Assembly: GCA_016779945.1 (NCBI GenBank)
Contig: JADHMR010000002.1
Location: forward strand, 2,083 to 66,082
DNA length: 64,000 bases
Source: Bacteroidia bacterium
Lineage (GTDB): Bacteria; Bacteroidota; Bacteroidia; NS11-12g; UBA9320
Direction: 5' to 3'
The first letter of the stretch is position 1. Each line of letters opens with the position of its first letter. Below, piece by piece: positions 25,343-34,774 of the stretch. The notes below the pieces were generated by a model. The model saw only the letters and a list, made by a program, of their open reading frames with translations. It was not told the DNA's origin and made no database searches. The translations under genes were made by a program, and so were the position numbers.

Positions 25343-26872
25343 ATGAAGAATTTGAAACTAGTTTGTTTGTATTTTTTTCAATATTTTTTTAACATAAAAT
25401 TTATGAATTGTAAAACTAGCATTACTATAATATGTCTGATTTTATTGGGCTTTATATGTAAAGATACTTTTGGACAATCTCGAGTCCAATTAAACTCAAA
25501 AGATAATAGAGACAGTGTATTAGTCTATACTACTGCAAAAAATACAGATTTGAAGTTAACACTAACATCTAAGCCTGCTTTTGTTTCTGCATTCCAACCG
25601 TTGGAAACAGAGGTTTCTATATTTGTAAATCCAAATAAAACCTTTCAAACTTTCTTTGGAATAGGTGGTGCTATTACTGACGCTTCTGCAGAAGTTTTCT
25701 CATCATTATCCTCCTTAAAGCAAGAAGAGTTGTTAAACGCATATTATAGCTTAGAAAATGGTATAGGATATTCATTGGTTAGAACTCATATTCATAGTTG
25801 TGATTTCAGTAGTGATAGTTATACTTATGTATCAGATAGTGACAAATCATTAAAAACTTTTTCAATTGAACATGACAAAAAATACAGAATCCCAATGATC
25901 AAACGTGCTACGGTAATGGCTAGTGGTCATTTACCTTTATATGTAAGTCCGTGGAGTCCACCAGCATTTATGAAAACCAACAAAAATATGCTTCGAGGGG
26001 GAAAGTTATTATTTGAGTATAGAGATGCTTGGGCAATGTACTATGTAAAATTCATTAAAGCATATGAAAAAGAAGAATTGCCAATTTGGGGGCTGACTAT
26101 TCAAAATGAGCCAATGGCAACACAACGCTGGGAATCGTGTATTTATTCTGCAGAAGAGGAAAGAGACTTTTTAAAGAATCATTTAGGACCAACATTAGAT
26201 AAAGAAGGACTAGGAGATAAAAAAATAATTGTTTGGGATCACAATAGGGATTTAATTGTCAATCGTGCGAATACTATATTCGACGACCCTGAAGCATCCA
26301 GGTATGCATGGGGTATTGGTTTTCACTGGTATGAAACTTGGACCGGAGGAGAACCCATGTTTTCTAATTTGGGTAATATAAATGAATCTTATCCAACTAA
26401 AAATCTTGTATTTACTGAAGGTTGTAATGAAGGTTTTGATGCTTCTAAATATCAATATTGGCCGAATGCAGAACGTTATGGAAAATCTATGATCAATGAT
26501 TTTAATAATGGAACTGTAGCTTGGACTGATTGGAATATCCTTTTGGATGAAACAGGTGGCCCCAATCATGTTAATAACCTTTGTTTTGCTCCAATTCATG
26601 CAGATACCAGAACAGATGAATTAATTTATACACCTAGTTATTACTATATCGGTCATTTTTCAAAATTTATTAGACCAGGAGCTAAGAGAGTTAGTACTGT
26701 TTCTAGTAGGAGTATTCTTGAGGCCACGTCCTTTATCAATGACGGAGGTAAAATGGTTACTATAATTATGAATTCAACTGATAAAAATATCAAATATCAA
26801 ATGTATGTAAATTCAAAGTCAGTTTCTATGAAAATTTTACCACACTCAATACAGACATTACTCTATAAATAG
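25343..26872 (+). CDS. GH30 glycoside hydrolase (glucosylceramidase-like / beta-1,6-glucan-active type)
   Basis: FFGIGGAITDASAEV, YSLVRTHIHSCDFS, SPWSPPAFMKTN, WGLTIQNEP (acid/base), LVFTEGC (nucleophile). Collinear with GBA-type GH30 as remembered. Alternative start ATG 25403 gives a cleaner signal peptide. Confidence 0.85.
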   Translation: MKNLKLVCLYFFQYFFNIKFMNCKTSITIICLILLGFICKDTFGQSRVQLNSKDNRDSVLVYTTAKNTDLKLTLTSKPAFVSAFQPLETEVSIFVNPNKTFQTFFGIGGAITDASAEVFSSLSSLKQEELLNAYYSLENGIGYSLVRTHIHSCDFSSDSYTYVSDSDKSLKTFSIEHDKKYRIPMIKRATVMASGHLPLYVSPWSPPAFMKTNKNMLRGGKLLFEYRDAWAMYYVKFIKAYEKEELPIWGLTIQNEPMATQRWESCIYSAEEERDFLKNHLGPTLDKEGLGDKKIIVWDHNRDLIVNRANTIFDDPEASRYAWGIGFHWYETWTGGEPMFSNLGNINESYPTKNLVFTEGCNEGFDASKYQYWPNAERYGKSMINDFNNGTVAWTDWNILLDETGGPNHVNNLCFAPIHADTRTDELIYTPSYYYIGHFSKFIRPGAKRVSTVSSRSILEATSFINDGGKMVTIIMNSTDKNIKYQMYVNSKSVSMKILPHSIQTLLYK

Positions 26873-26873
26873 C

Positions 26874-28211
26874 CTATTGCGATCCTTGGTCCTTATCGTC
26901 CCTTTCTACTGAATTTGAAAGAATAGAATTTGGTTTTGAAGAGGGTAATTCTTCGACTTTTTTTAGTTTGGACATCATAATACGAGTTCTAGTTCCAACT
27001 AGTGAGTCTAATTCATGATTTGCTTCATTTATTTTCTTTTGAGCTTTATCTAATACCCCTCCAAATTTCCCAAATTCTGTTTTTACAGCTCCTAAAATAT
27101 CCCAAACTTCACTGCTTCTTTTTTGGATGGCTAATGTTTTAAATCCCATTTGTAAACTATTAAGCATTGCTGCTAGAGTAGTAGGACCAGTAATAATAAT
27201 TTTGAATTCTCTTTGCAATATAGCAACTAAATCTGGTTGTCTAACTACTTCAGCAAAAAGGCCTTCTACAGGGAGAAACATGATACCAAAGTCAGTCGTA
27301 TTTGGCGGGTCAATATATTTATCTCGAATATCGCGTGCAAATTTCTTAATACTCTGAACCAACGCTTTTTTAGCATCTAATATTCCTTTTTTATCATTGA
27401 GATCATAGGCTTCTTGTAGTCTAACATAGTTTTCTTGAGGGAATTTTGCATCTACTGGAAGAAAAACCTCTTTACCAAAATCATCTTTGCCTGGAAGTTT
27501 TATAACAAATTCTACATGATCATTTGAACCTTGTTTTGTTTTTACATTTGATTCATACTGCTCGGGTGCCATGATTTGTTCCAAGATGCTACCCAACTGT
27601 ATTTCTCCTAAAATTCCTCGTGTTTTTACATTACCCAGAACATTCTTCAAATCGCCAACATCATTTGCAAGATTTTGCATTTCTCCTAACCCTTTTTGAA
27701 CCGCTTCTAATCGATCACTTACTAACTTAAATGAATGACCTAATCGTTCTTCGAGAGTTTTGTGGAGTTTTTCATCCACAGTTTCACGCATTTTCTCGAG
27801 TTTTAATTCGGTTGATTTTATGAGTTCATCTTGTTTAACGGTCATTGCATCAAACTTATCTTTTTGAAGATCATTGAAATCTTTGATGTTTTGGCTAAAC
27901 TGAGTACTGAAATCTTTGAGTGATTGATTGAGTTCTTGTCGGTTATCTTTTGCGTTCTTGGTTAAACCCTCACTGATTTGAGTGAGTTTTTCTTCTAATT
28001 TTTTAGTGAGTGAATTTAATCCTTCTGCAAGCTCTTTTCGATTATCAGTTAACGAAGCGGCTAGTTCTGTACGATTTTCTTTCGACTCGTTTTTGAGTTC
28101 ATTTCGAAATGAGTCTATACCATTAGAGCCATTTTTTGAATTGGTTTTGACCCAAATGAGTACCAACATTAGAAGGCATAACGACGTCAGTACAAGTTCT
28201 ACTATTTCCAT
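26874..28211 (-). CDS. rmuC: DNA recombination protein RmuC
   Basis: N-terminal TM segment, long coiled coil, then a RmuC nuclease-like C-terminus (DFGIMFLPVEGLFAEV...IIITGPTTLAAMLNSLQMGF). Confidence 0.85.
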   Translation of the reverse strand: MEIVELVLTSLCLLMLVLIWVKTNSKNGSNGIDSFRNELKNESKENRTELAASLTDNRKELAEGLNSLTKKLEEKLTQISEGLTKNAKDNRQELNQSLKDFSTQFSQNIKDFNDLQKDKFDAMTVKQDELIKSTELKLEKMRETVDEKLHKTLEERLGHSFKLVSDRLEAVQKGLGEMQNLANDVGDLKNVLGNVKTRGILGEIQLGSILEQIMAPEQYESNVKTKQGSNDHVEFVIKLPGKDDFGKEVFLPVDAKFPQENYVRLQEAYDLNDKKGILDAKKALVQSIKKFARDIRDKYIDPPNTTDFGIMFLPVEGLFAEVVRQPDLVAILQREFKIIITGPTTLAAMLNSLQMGFKTLAIQKRSSEVWDILGAVKTEFGKFGGVLDKAQKKINEANHELDSLVGTRTRIMMSKLKKVEELPSSKPNSILSNSVERDDKDQGSQ

Positions 28212-28334
28212 AATAATAATTTTATCCGTTTGTGAATATTGAATTTACGTAAATTATTGGGAATACAGAATGTTTTTGAATCAAATATTTATACGTTGTA
28301 TTTACTTGTAAATTCAAGTTTGGTTTCATTTATC

Positions 28335-29285
28335 TTATTCTAAATTACTTTTAGCCCTATTCAATCGGTCACTAATTGCCCGACCTATACCTTCTTGTTT
28401 GATATTTTCTATAATAATACAGTCTGATGCATCTTTATCAGCAAGTCGCATAGTGGTGAATAATCTATTTGCTATTTCACTCAAGTTGTAATTTTCGGAC
28501 AAGTAATACGTGTGTTCAGACGGATAATCGTGATATTCATAATATAGAACAGAGCAATTTTTTTTAGGGTTCTCTTTCAGAAAGTCAATTATTGATTCTA
28601 CAAGATATAAGGGCTTTTGTGTACTATAATGTTTTTTTAATTGTCCTGGTGTTTGAATGGTTTTTGTAGGTTCACTTGAAATATTAAATCCTGTTTTTTG
28701 AGCAATAAACTCTTGAGAAATTCCACCTTCTCTGAGAATTTGAACATTTCCATTTTCGATAGATACAATAGTGCTTTCGATTCCAATAGTAGAATTTCCT
28801 CCATCTAAAATATATTCAATCTGGTTGCTAAATCCTTCGTCTACGTGTTTTGCAGATGTAGGACTTACTGTGTTTGAAATATTAGCACTTGGTGCTGCCA
28901 AAGGAAAATCGATTTGGTTTAATAAATTAAGGGTAATTGGGTGGTTTGGGATTCTCAGTACAACATGAGAAGATCCTGCAGTAATAATATCGGGGACAAT
29001 AGCACTTTTGGGTAATAAGATGCTTAAAGATCCTGGCCAAAAGTGATGAGCCAGCTTTTCGGCTTCGATTGGAAAATGAGTTACATATTTTTTGGCCGCT
29101 TCTATATGTGGTACATGCAATATGAGCGGGTTAAAATTTGGTCTATTCTTAACGCGGTATATTTCTGCTATTGCTTCAGGATTTAGTCCATTAGCGGCAA
29201 GTCCATATACAGTTTCTGTGGGGATAGCTACGAGTTTACCTTGGCTAAGCAGGTTAGCAGCTTTGGTAACATCAGTTCCTATCAT
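28335..29285 (-). CDS. tsaC: L-threonylcarbamoyladenylate synthase (long Sua5/YwlC form)
   Basis: KLVAIPTETVYGLAANG, SLSILLP...VVLRIPNHP, AAPSANISN. 316 aa including the Sua5 C-terminal domain. Confidence 0.85.
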   Translation of the reverse strand: MIGTDVTKAANLLSQGKLVAIPTETVYGLAANGLNPEAIAEIYRVKNRPNFNPLILHVPHIEAAKKYVTHFPIEAEKLAHHFWPGSLSILLPKSAIVPDIITAGSSHVVLRIPNHPITLNLLNQIDFPLAAPSANISNTVSPTSAKHVDEGFSNQIEYILDGGNSTIGIESTIVSIENGNVQILREGGISQEFIAQKTGFNISSEPTKTIQTPGQLKKHYSTQKPLYLVESIIDFLKENPKKNCSVLYYEYHDYPSEHTYYLSENYNLSEIANRLFTTMRLADKDASDCIIIENIKQEGIGRAISDRLNRAKSNLE

Positions 29286-30643
29286 GAGGAATTTCGTTTG
29301 AGATCAAATTTGTCAATTTTGTTATACAAATGACTGCGTTGGATATCAATTTCGGCAGAAGTTTTGGCGACATTCCAATTATTCTTTTTCAATTTTGCAT
29401 CAATAAACATTTTTTCTGCATAATCTTTAAAATCTTGAAAACGACTAAATTCATTGATTGCATCAATAGTTCCCGGTTTTTTCTTACCGTTATTAGCGTA
29501 TAGTTGAATGTCTTCTTCAGTAATTTTTTCGTCGCACAAAATCACAAGGCGTTCTACAATATTTCGAAGTTCACGGATGTTTCCACTCCAGTAAATATTT
29601 TTAAGTCCTTGCATAGCACTTGCAGTGATTTGTTTTTTGTTGATGCCATTGTCTTGACAAATGTCTTCCATAAATTTTTCTGCTAGAATGGGAATATCAT
29701 CCACTCGTTCGTTGAGGGTAGGAATATGGACTACGATTACTGAAATTCTGTGATAAAGATCTTCTCTAAAATTACCGTCTTCAATTTCTTGCATCAAATC
29801 TTTATTGGTAGCTGCAATTATTCTAACATCTACCTCAATATCTTTTTCACCACCAACACGAGTAATTTTATTTTCTTGTAGGGCTCTTAATACTTTAGCT
29901 TGGGCTGCTAAACTCATATCCCCAATCTCGTCTAGAAATAGGGTGCCACCAGACGCTTTCTCAAATTTTCCAAGTTTTTGTTTGATTGCAGAGGTAAAAG
30001 ATCCTTTTTCATGACCAAATAGTTCACTCTCGATAAGTTCACCCGGAATCGCTGCACAATTAACTTCAATGATAGGTTTATCTGCACGGTTACTTTTTTC
30101 GTGCATCCATCGTGCAACAAGTTCTTTGCCTGTTCCATTTTCACCAGTGATTAGAACACGTGCATCAGTAGGAGCAACTTTTTCGATGGTCTTTTTGATT
30201 TTTTTAATACTAGGAGAATCACCTAATATTTCACGTGTTTTGGTGATTTGACGTTTTAATACTTTTGTTTCAATCACCAAGTTGTTTTTGTCAACTGCAT
30301 TTCTTACAGTAATTAACAACTTATTTAAGTCCGGCGGTTTATTAATGAAATCAAAAGCTCCTTTTTTAGTAGCTTCGATAGCAGTTTCTATGGTGCCATG
30401 ACCAGATATCATAATAAATGGGAGTTCTGGTGCAATAGTTTTAGCTTTTTCTAAAACTTCAATGCCATCGAGTTTTGGCATTTTAATGTCTGATAAGACC
30501 GCATCATAATTGTATTTTTTAATGAGAGCTATTGCTTTTTCTCCGTCTTTAGCTTCCTCAATCTCATATCCTTCATACTCCAATATTTCACGGAGTGTTT
30601 CTCTGATACTTTGTTCGTCATCTACGATTAGTATTCGTGCCAT
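29282..30643 (-). CDS. sigma-54-dependent response regulator (NtrC family)
   Basis: REC domain (ILIVDDEQSIRETL...LSDIKMPKLDG), AAA+ domain (ITGENGTGKELVARWMH, ESELFGHEKGSFTSA, LFLDEIGD) and a C-terminal Fis-type HTH. 4-nt overlap with tsaC. No kinase gene adjacent. Confidence 0.85.
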   Translation of the reverse strand: MARILIVDDEQSIRETLREILEYEGYEIEEAKDGEKAIALIKKYNYDAVLSDIKMPKLDGIEVLEKAKTIAPELPFIMISGHGTIETAIEATKKGAFDFINKPPDLNKLLITVRNAVDKNNLVIETKVLKRQITKTREILGDSPSIKKIKKTIEKVAPTDARVLITGENGTGKELVARWMHEKSNRADKPIIEVNCAAIPGELIESELFGHEKGSFTSAIKQKLGKFEKASGGTLFLDEIGDMSLAAQAKVLRALQENKITRVGGEKDIEVDVRIIAATNKDLMQEIEDGNFREDLYHRISVIVVHIPTLNERVDDIPILAEKFMEDICQDNGINKKQITASAMQGLKNIYWSGNIRELRNIVERLVILCDEKITEEDIQLYANNGKKKPGTIDAINEFSRFQDFKDYAEKMFIDAKLKKNNWNVAKTSAEIDIQRSHLYNKIDKFDLKRNSS

Positions 30644-30677
30644 GTGGTTTAAGTCTTTTCTTTGTTATTAAAAAAAA

Positions 30678-31041
30678 ATGGCAAAACTATAAGCCGGGTT
30701 CTGTCTCTTCGCCGTGGCGAATGAGCTTATCATTTATCTATGCAACCTACCCTCTACAGCGGTTAGAAATCTAACACTAGGACGAGTAGCCCTAAATCTG
30801 TAGTTTACTTGGTTTTACAACATGCAAGGTTTGTACGGTATGAATATTACTATTTATACCTGTGAGCTCTTACCTCACTTTTTCACCCTTATTCGCCTAA
30901 ACGAACGGTTATTTTCTGTTACACTTGCTGTTATCTTAGTTTTTCAACTAAAATACCCTTTGTTTCCAAAGGTGCATTACTCTATGTTGCCCGGACTTTC
31001 CTCAGCTATGAAACATACCCGCGATAAGCCGTTTTGCCATT
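30678..31041 (-). ncRNA. rnpB: RNase P RNA (bacterial type A)
   Basis: Minus strand contains GAGGAAAGTCCGGGC (P4 5' strand; plus-strand gcccggactttcctc near 30990), GGTAAGAGCTCACAGG, and ACAGAACCCGGCTTATAG near the 3' end. P1 pairs ATGGCAAAAC with GTTTTGCCAT. A TACATTTG -7 box sits just upstream (31043..31050) and a T-run follows the 3' end. Ends are good to about +/-10 nt. Confidence 0.9.
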
Positions 31042-31237
31042 ACAAATGTATAGTTTTTTAAACGCTTATTTTATGCTAGTGTTATTCACGGAATATGAAC
31101 AGCTATAATATGCTTGAGAATTGATCGGGTTTTATGATAAATCTAATCCACAACAATCTTATAATTTGTTATTAAGATTATATAAAACTAGACACGCAAA
31201 GGTTGTTTCTTTGCAAGCATAGAACGTAATAACGTAT

Positions 31238-32617
31238 ATGACACTAATTAAATCAATTTCAGGAATACGCGGAACTATCGGTGGATCAGAAGACCAGGGT
31301 TTAACTCCGCTTGATATTGTAAAATACACTGCAGCTTATGCTGACACTGTCATTAAAGGTGACAATAAGAAAATAGTTGTTGGTCGTGATGCTCGTATAT
31401 CTGGATTAATGGTTAATCAATTGGTCTGTGGTACTCTAATGAGCAAAGGGATTGATGTTGTAGATCTTGACTTAAGTACGACTCCAACTGTTGAGATGGC
31501 AGTTGTTAAAGAGAAAGCTGCAGGAGGAATTATTTTAACTGCAAGTCATAATCCAAAACAATGGAATGCTCTTAAATTACTAAATAATAAGGGAGAGTTT
31601 ATTTCAGAGAAAATGGGCAATAAAATCATTCAAAAAGTACAAGATTCTGATTTTGAATTTAATGATGTTGATTCCTTAGGAAGCTATCACTTAGAAAGTG
31701 GCTACATCGATTGGCACATTGACGAAATACTAAAGCTTTCTATTGTGGATACTTCTATTATTCGTAAAAAGAATTTTACAGTTGTTGTGGATGCAGTAAA
31801 CTCTACTGGAGGTATAGCTGTTCCTAAATTACTCAAAAAATTAGGTGTAGCTAATGTAATTGAAATTTACTGCGAACCTACTGGAAAGTTCCCACATAAT
31901 CCCGAACCGTTACCAGAGCATCTTACTGATTTATCTGCTGAAGTCGTCAGAAATAATGCTGATTTAGGAATTATTGTAGATCCAGATGTAGATCGATTAG
32001 CTTTTGTAAATGAAAACGGTGATGTGTTTGGAGAGGAATACACGTTGGTAGCTGTTGCAGACTATGTATTAAGCCAGACCAAAGGAAATACAGTGTCTAA
32101 TTTGTCGAGTACTCGTGCTTTAAGAGACGTTACAGAAAAACGAGGAGGAATGTATCATGCAAGTGCAGTAGGAGAAGTTAATGTTGTTAAAATGATGAAG
32201 AAGACAAGTGCCGTTATTGGTGGTGAAGGAAATGGTGGTATAATTTTACCTGAACTACACTACGGAAGGGATGCACTTGTTGGAATCGCACTATTTTTAA
32301 CCCATTTGGCTAAAGAAAATAGACCTATGAGTCATTTGAAGGCTAGTTATCCTAATTATATAATCAGCAAAAATAAAATTCAATTGATTCCAGAAATTGA
32401 TGTTGATTTAATTTTAGATCGCATCAAAGAAAAATATAAGAATCAACCTATAAATACGGTAGATGGTGTTAAAATCGAGTTTGATACTGAATGGGTTCAC
32501 CTAAGAAAGTCAAATACTGAGCCAATAATTAGAATATATGCTGAGGGAAACACTCTAAGTGTGGCAGATAGTCTTGTAAACAAAATTAAATCAGATATTA
32601 AAGAACTCACTTCTTGA
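31238..32617 (+). CDS. glmM: phosphoglucosamine mutase
   Basis: MTLIKSISGIRGTIGG, active-site loop LTASHNPKQWNALKL, metal loop DPDVDRL. 459 aa, the Bacteroidota GlmM type. Confidence 0.85.
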   Translation: MTLIKSISGIRGTIGGSEDQGLTPLDIVKYTAAYADTVIKGDNKKIVVGRDARISGLMVNQLVCGTLMSKGIDVVDLDLSTTPTVEMAVVKEKAAGGIILTASHNPKQWNALKLLNNKGEFISEKMGNKIIQKVQDSDFEFNDVDSLGSYHLESGYIDWHIDEILKLSIVDTSIIRKKNFTVVVDAVNSTGGIAVPKLLKKLGVANVIEIYCEPTGKFPHNPEPLPEHLTDLSAEVVRNNADLGIIVDPDVDRLAFVNENGDVFGEEYTLVAVADYVLSQTKGNTVSNLSSTRALRDVTEKRGGMYHASAVGEVNVVKMMKKTSAVIGGEGNGGIILPELHYGRDALVGIALFLTHLAKENRPMSHLKASYPNYIISKNKIQLIPEIDVDLILDRIKEKYKNQPINTVDGVKIEFDTEWVHLRKSNTEPIIRIYAEGNTLSVADSLVNKIKSDIKELTS

Positions 32618-32669
32618 TCATCTTATAGTTATTATTACTATAACTAAATAAACTATATTTGCTACTACC

Positions 32670-34721
32670 TTGATTGTCTTGAAGAAATTTAATCTTTTCT
32701 GCTTGCTCATATTTCTTTTGCTAACAACTAGAAATTACGGGCAATCATACTCTGCCAATGGAAATGCAAGGTCTTTAGGGGGTGATTGTTATCTTCTTAC
32801 TGGAGCTTTAGATTGGCAATTGGGTTCGGTATGGTATGCCGATCCAATTGATTTGTCTAAAGATTTTGATTTAGAATTTTATTTAAATTTCGGGAATAAA
32901 GACGGATCAGGTGCAGATGGTATTGTCTTTGTAATGCAGGATGTCAGCAATAAGGCAATTGGAAAGTCGGGAGGTGGACTAGGATTTGAGGGTTTTTCTC
33001 CAAGTTTTGGCGTAGAGTTTGATGACTTTAACAATGAGAGCATGGGCGATTTATCTAGTGATCATATCGCCATTTTAAAAAATGGAAGTGTGGATCATCG
33101 AAGCTCCAATAGTATTAGTGCTCCTGTAACTGCAATTTCTGGTGGAGGTAACATTGAAGATGGACAAGATCATCTTGTACGAATGGTATGGGTTGAAGAT
33201 ACAAAAGAGTTTCAGGTTTGGTTTGATTGTGAATTAAGACAACGTATTTTCTATGACATTCAAAACAATATATTTAACGGTGATAATTTGGTTTATTGGG
33301 GATTTACATCATCAACTGGGGGCTTAAACAACCGTCAATCAGTTTGTTTAAGAGATGATATATTAGTCGATGACACAATGACCTTGTGTAAAGGAGAATC
33401 AATCCTTCTAAATTCAAGAGAAAGTAAAAATAACCAGTATACATGGTCACCCGATTTATATTTAAGTGATAATTCAATTCGGAAACCATCTTGTTCCACT
33501 ACCGAGCCTATTACTTATTACGTAGAATATAAAGATTTGTGCGATAATGTTTTTAAAGACACCTTATTTGTCGATGTAGATCAACCTTTTTTGATTGATG
33601 ACTTTACCGATACATTGCTATGCAACGGCTCAGGGTATTCATTTGATTTTACCTCTAAATACGATTCGGTTTATTGGAATAGTGGCTCTCGAAATAAAAA
33701 AATAACTTGGATAAATGAGGGAGAATACGCAATGAGGGCTTGGCAGGGCGTATGTTATGACGATGATACGTTTAATATCACAGTAAGTGAAAATCTAGAA
33801 ATTAAGTTTTCGGGAGATACAACATTTTGTGAGGGAGATTCTACACTTTTGAGTCTTGATATCACACCAAGCGATGCGGTATATCAGTGGGAAGACGGAT
33901 TGTCAAGTTTATCACGATATTTCAGTTCTACAGACGATGTTCTTGTAAAAGCCAAGAATAGCTGTGACTCTGTAACTCAAGCATATTCTATTCGGGAAAT
34001 TATTTTAGAAGAATTTTCTCTTGGCAATGACACACTACTCTGCATTGGAGATACGCTTACCATTGGGCCAGTAACACAAAACACGATTGACTATTTATGG
34101 AGTAATAATAGTAGCCTATCAAGAATAGATGTGACTGAGGCAGGAACTTATATCCTTGAAATTAGCAAAGAAAGCAAATGTTATGACTCAGATACAATTG
34201 TAGTAAGTGATTTAGATATTCCGTTATTGGATAACCTAGACGATGTTCTTTTGTGTAAAAGAGAGAAAATTGAGGTGTCTATACCTAATGCAAATGGGGA
34301 AGTGATTTGGAATAATCAAGAAATTGGAGAGTCGATTACTTTGGAAAATATTAATGGTAGGATAGATGTTAAGATGACTAATGTATGTGGAGAGGATAGT
34401 ACCTCTTTTGAAGTTAATTTGGTTGATTGCTACTGTGACATGATTTATCCAAATGCATTTACACCAAATGAGGATAATTTAAATGATAATTTTAGACCTA
34501 CACCAGACTGTCCTAAGCTTTCTGAATTTAAATTACAGATCTATAACCAATGGGGAGAGTTACTTTTTGAAAGTACAGATATAAATAAGTATTGGGACGG
34601 TAGTTTCCAAAATGTTAGATGTCAGGATGGAGTATATTTTTGGACATCAAATTGGAAGGGAATACTCAATGGAATCATACAGGAACAATCCTCAAGTGGG
34701 ATTGTACATTTGATACGATAA
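32670..34721 (+). CDS. secreted L-type (legume-like) lectin domain protein with T9SS type B C-terminal domain
   Basis: TTG start with signal peptide. Lectin-like N-terminus (LTGALDWQLGSVWY...GADGIVFVMQD...GGGLGFEG..PSFGVEFDDFNN...DHIAI). Cys-rich repeats (C.GDS..L). C-terminus YPNAFTPNEDNLNDNF...LQIYNQWGELLFES...GVYFW. Confidence 0.75.
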   Translation: MIVLKKFNLFCLLIFLLLTTRNYGQSYSANGNARSLGGDCYLLTGALDWQLGSVWYADPIDLSKDFDLEFYLNFGNKDGSGADGIVFVMQDVSNKAIGKSGGGLGFEGFSPSFGVEFDDFNNESMGDLSSDHIAILKNGSVDHRSSNSISAPVTAISGGGNIEDGQDHLVRMVWVEDTKEFQVWFDCELRQRIFYDIQNNIFNGDNLVYWGFTSSTGGLNNRQSVCLRDDILVDDTMTLCKGESILLNSRESKNNQYTWSPDLYLSDNSIRKPSCSTTEPITYYVEYKDLCDNVFKDTLFVDVDQPFLIDDFTDTLLCNGSGYSFDFTSKYDSVYWNSGSRNKKITWINEGEYAMRAWQGVCYDDDTFNITVSENLEIKFSGDTTFCEGDSTLLSLDITPSDAVYQWEDGLSSLSRYFSSTDDVLVKAKNSCDSVTQAYSIREIILEEFSLGNDTLLCIGDTLTIGPVTQNTIDYLWSNNSSLSRIDVTEAGTYILEISKESKCYDSDTIVVSDLDIPLLDNLDDVLLCKREKIEVSIPNANGEVIWNNQEIGESITLENINGRIDVKMTNVCGEDSTSFEVNLVDCYCDMIYPNAFTPNEDNLNDNFRPTPDCPKLSEFKLQIYNQWGELLFESTDINKYWDGSFQNVRCQDGVYFWTSNWKGILNGIIQEQSSSGIVHLIR

Positions 34722-34724
34722 AAA

Positions 34725-34754
34725 AAAAGTCTCTCATGGTTGTGAGAGACTTTT
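34725..34754. terminator. bidirectional rho-independent terminator
   Basis: AAAAGTCTCTCA-TGGTTG-TGAGAGACTTTT, a perfect 12-bp stem with an A-tract on one side and a T-tract on the other, between convergent genes. Confidence 0.8.
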
Positions 34755-34774
34755 ATGTATACTGGTTTAAATAA

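Noticed and set aside
30822-31061. 79-aa plus-strand ORF
   Set aside because: It lies entirely within, and antisense to, the RNase P RNA gene.
31140-31225. Inverted repeats upstream of glmM (AATCTTATAA...TTATTAAGATT and GCAAAG-N7-CTTTGC) as a riboswitch or ribozyme
   Set aside because: These are short AT-rich imperfect palindromes. The glmS ribozyme belongs to glmS, not glmM, and none of its conserved core is present.
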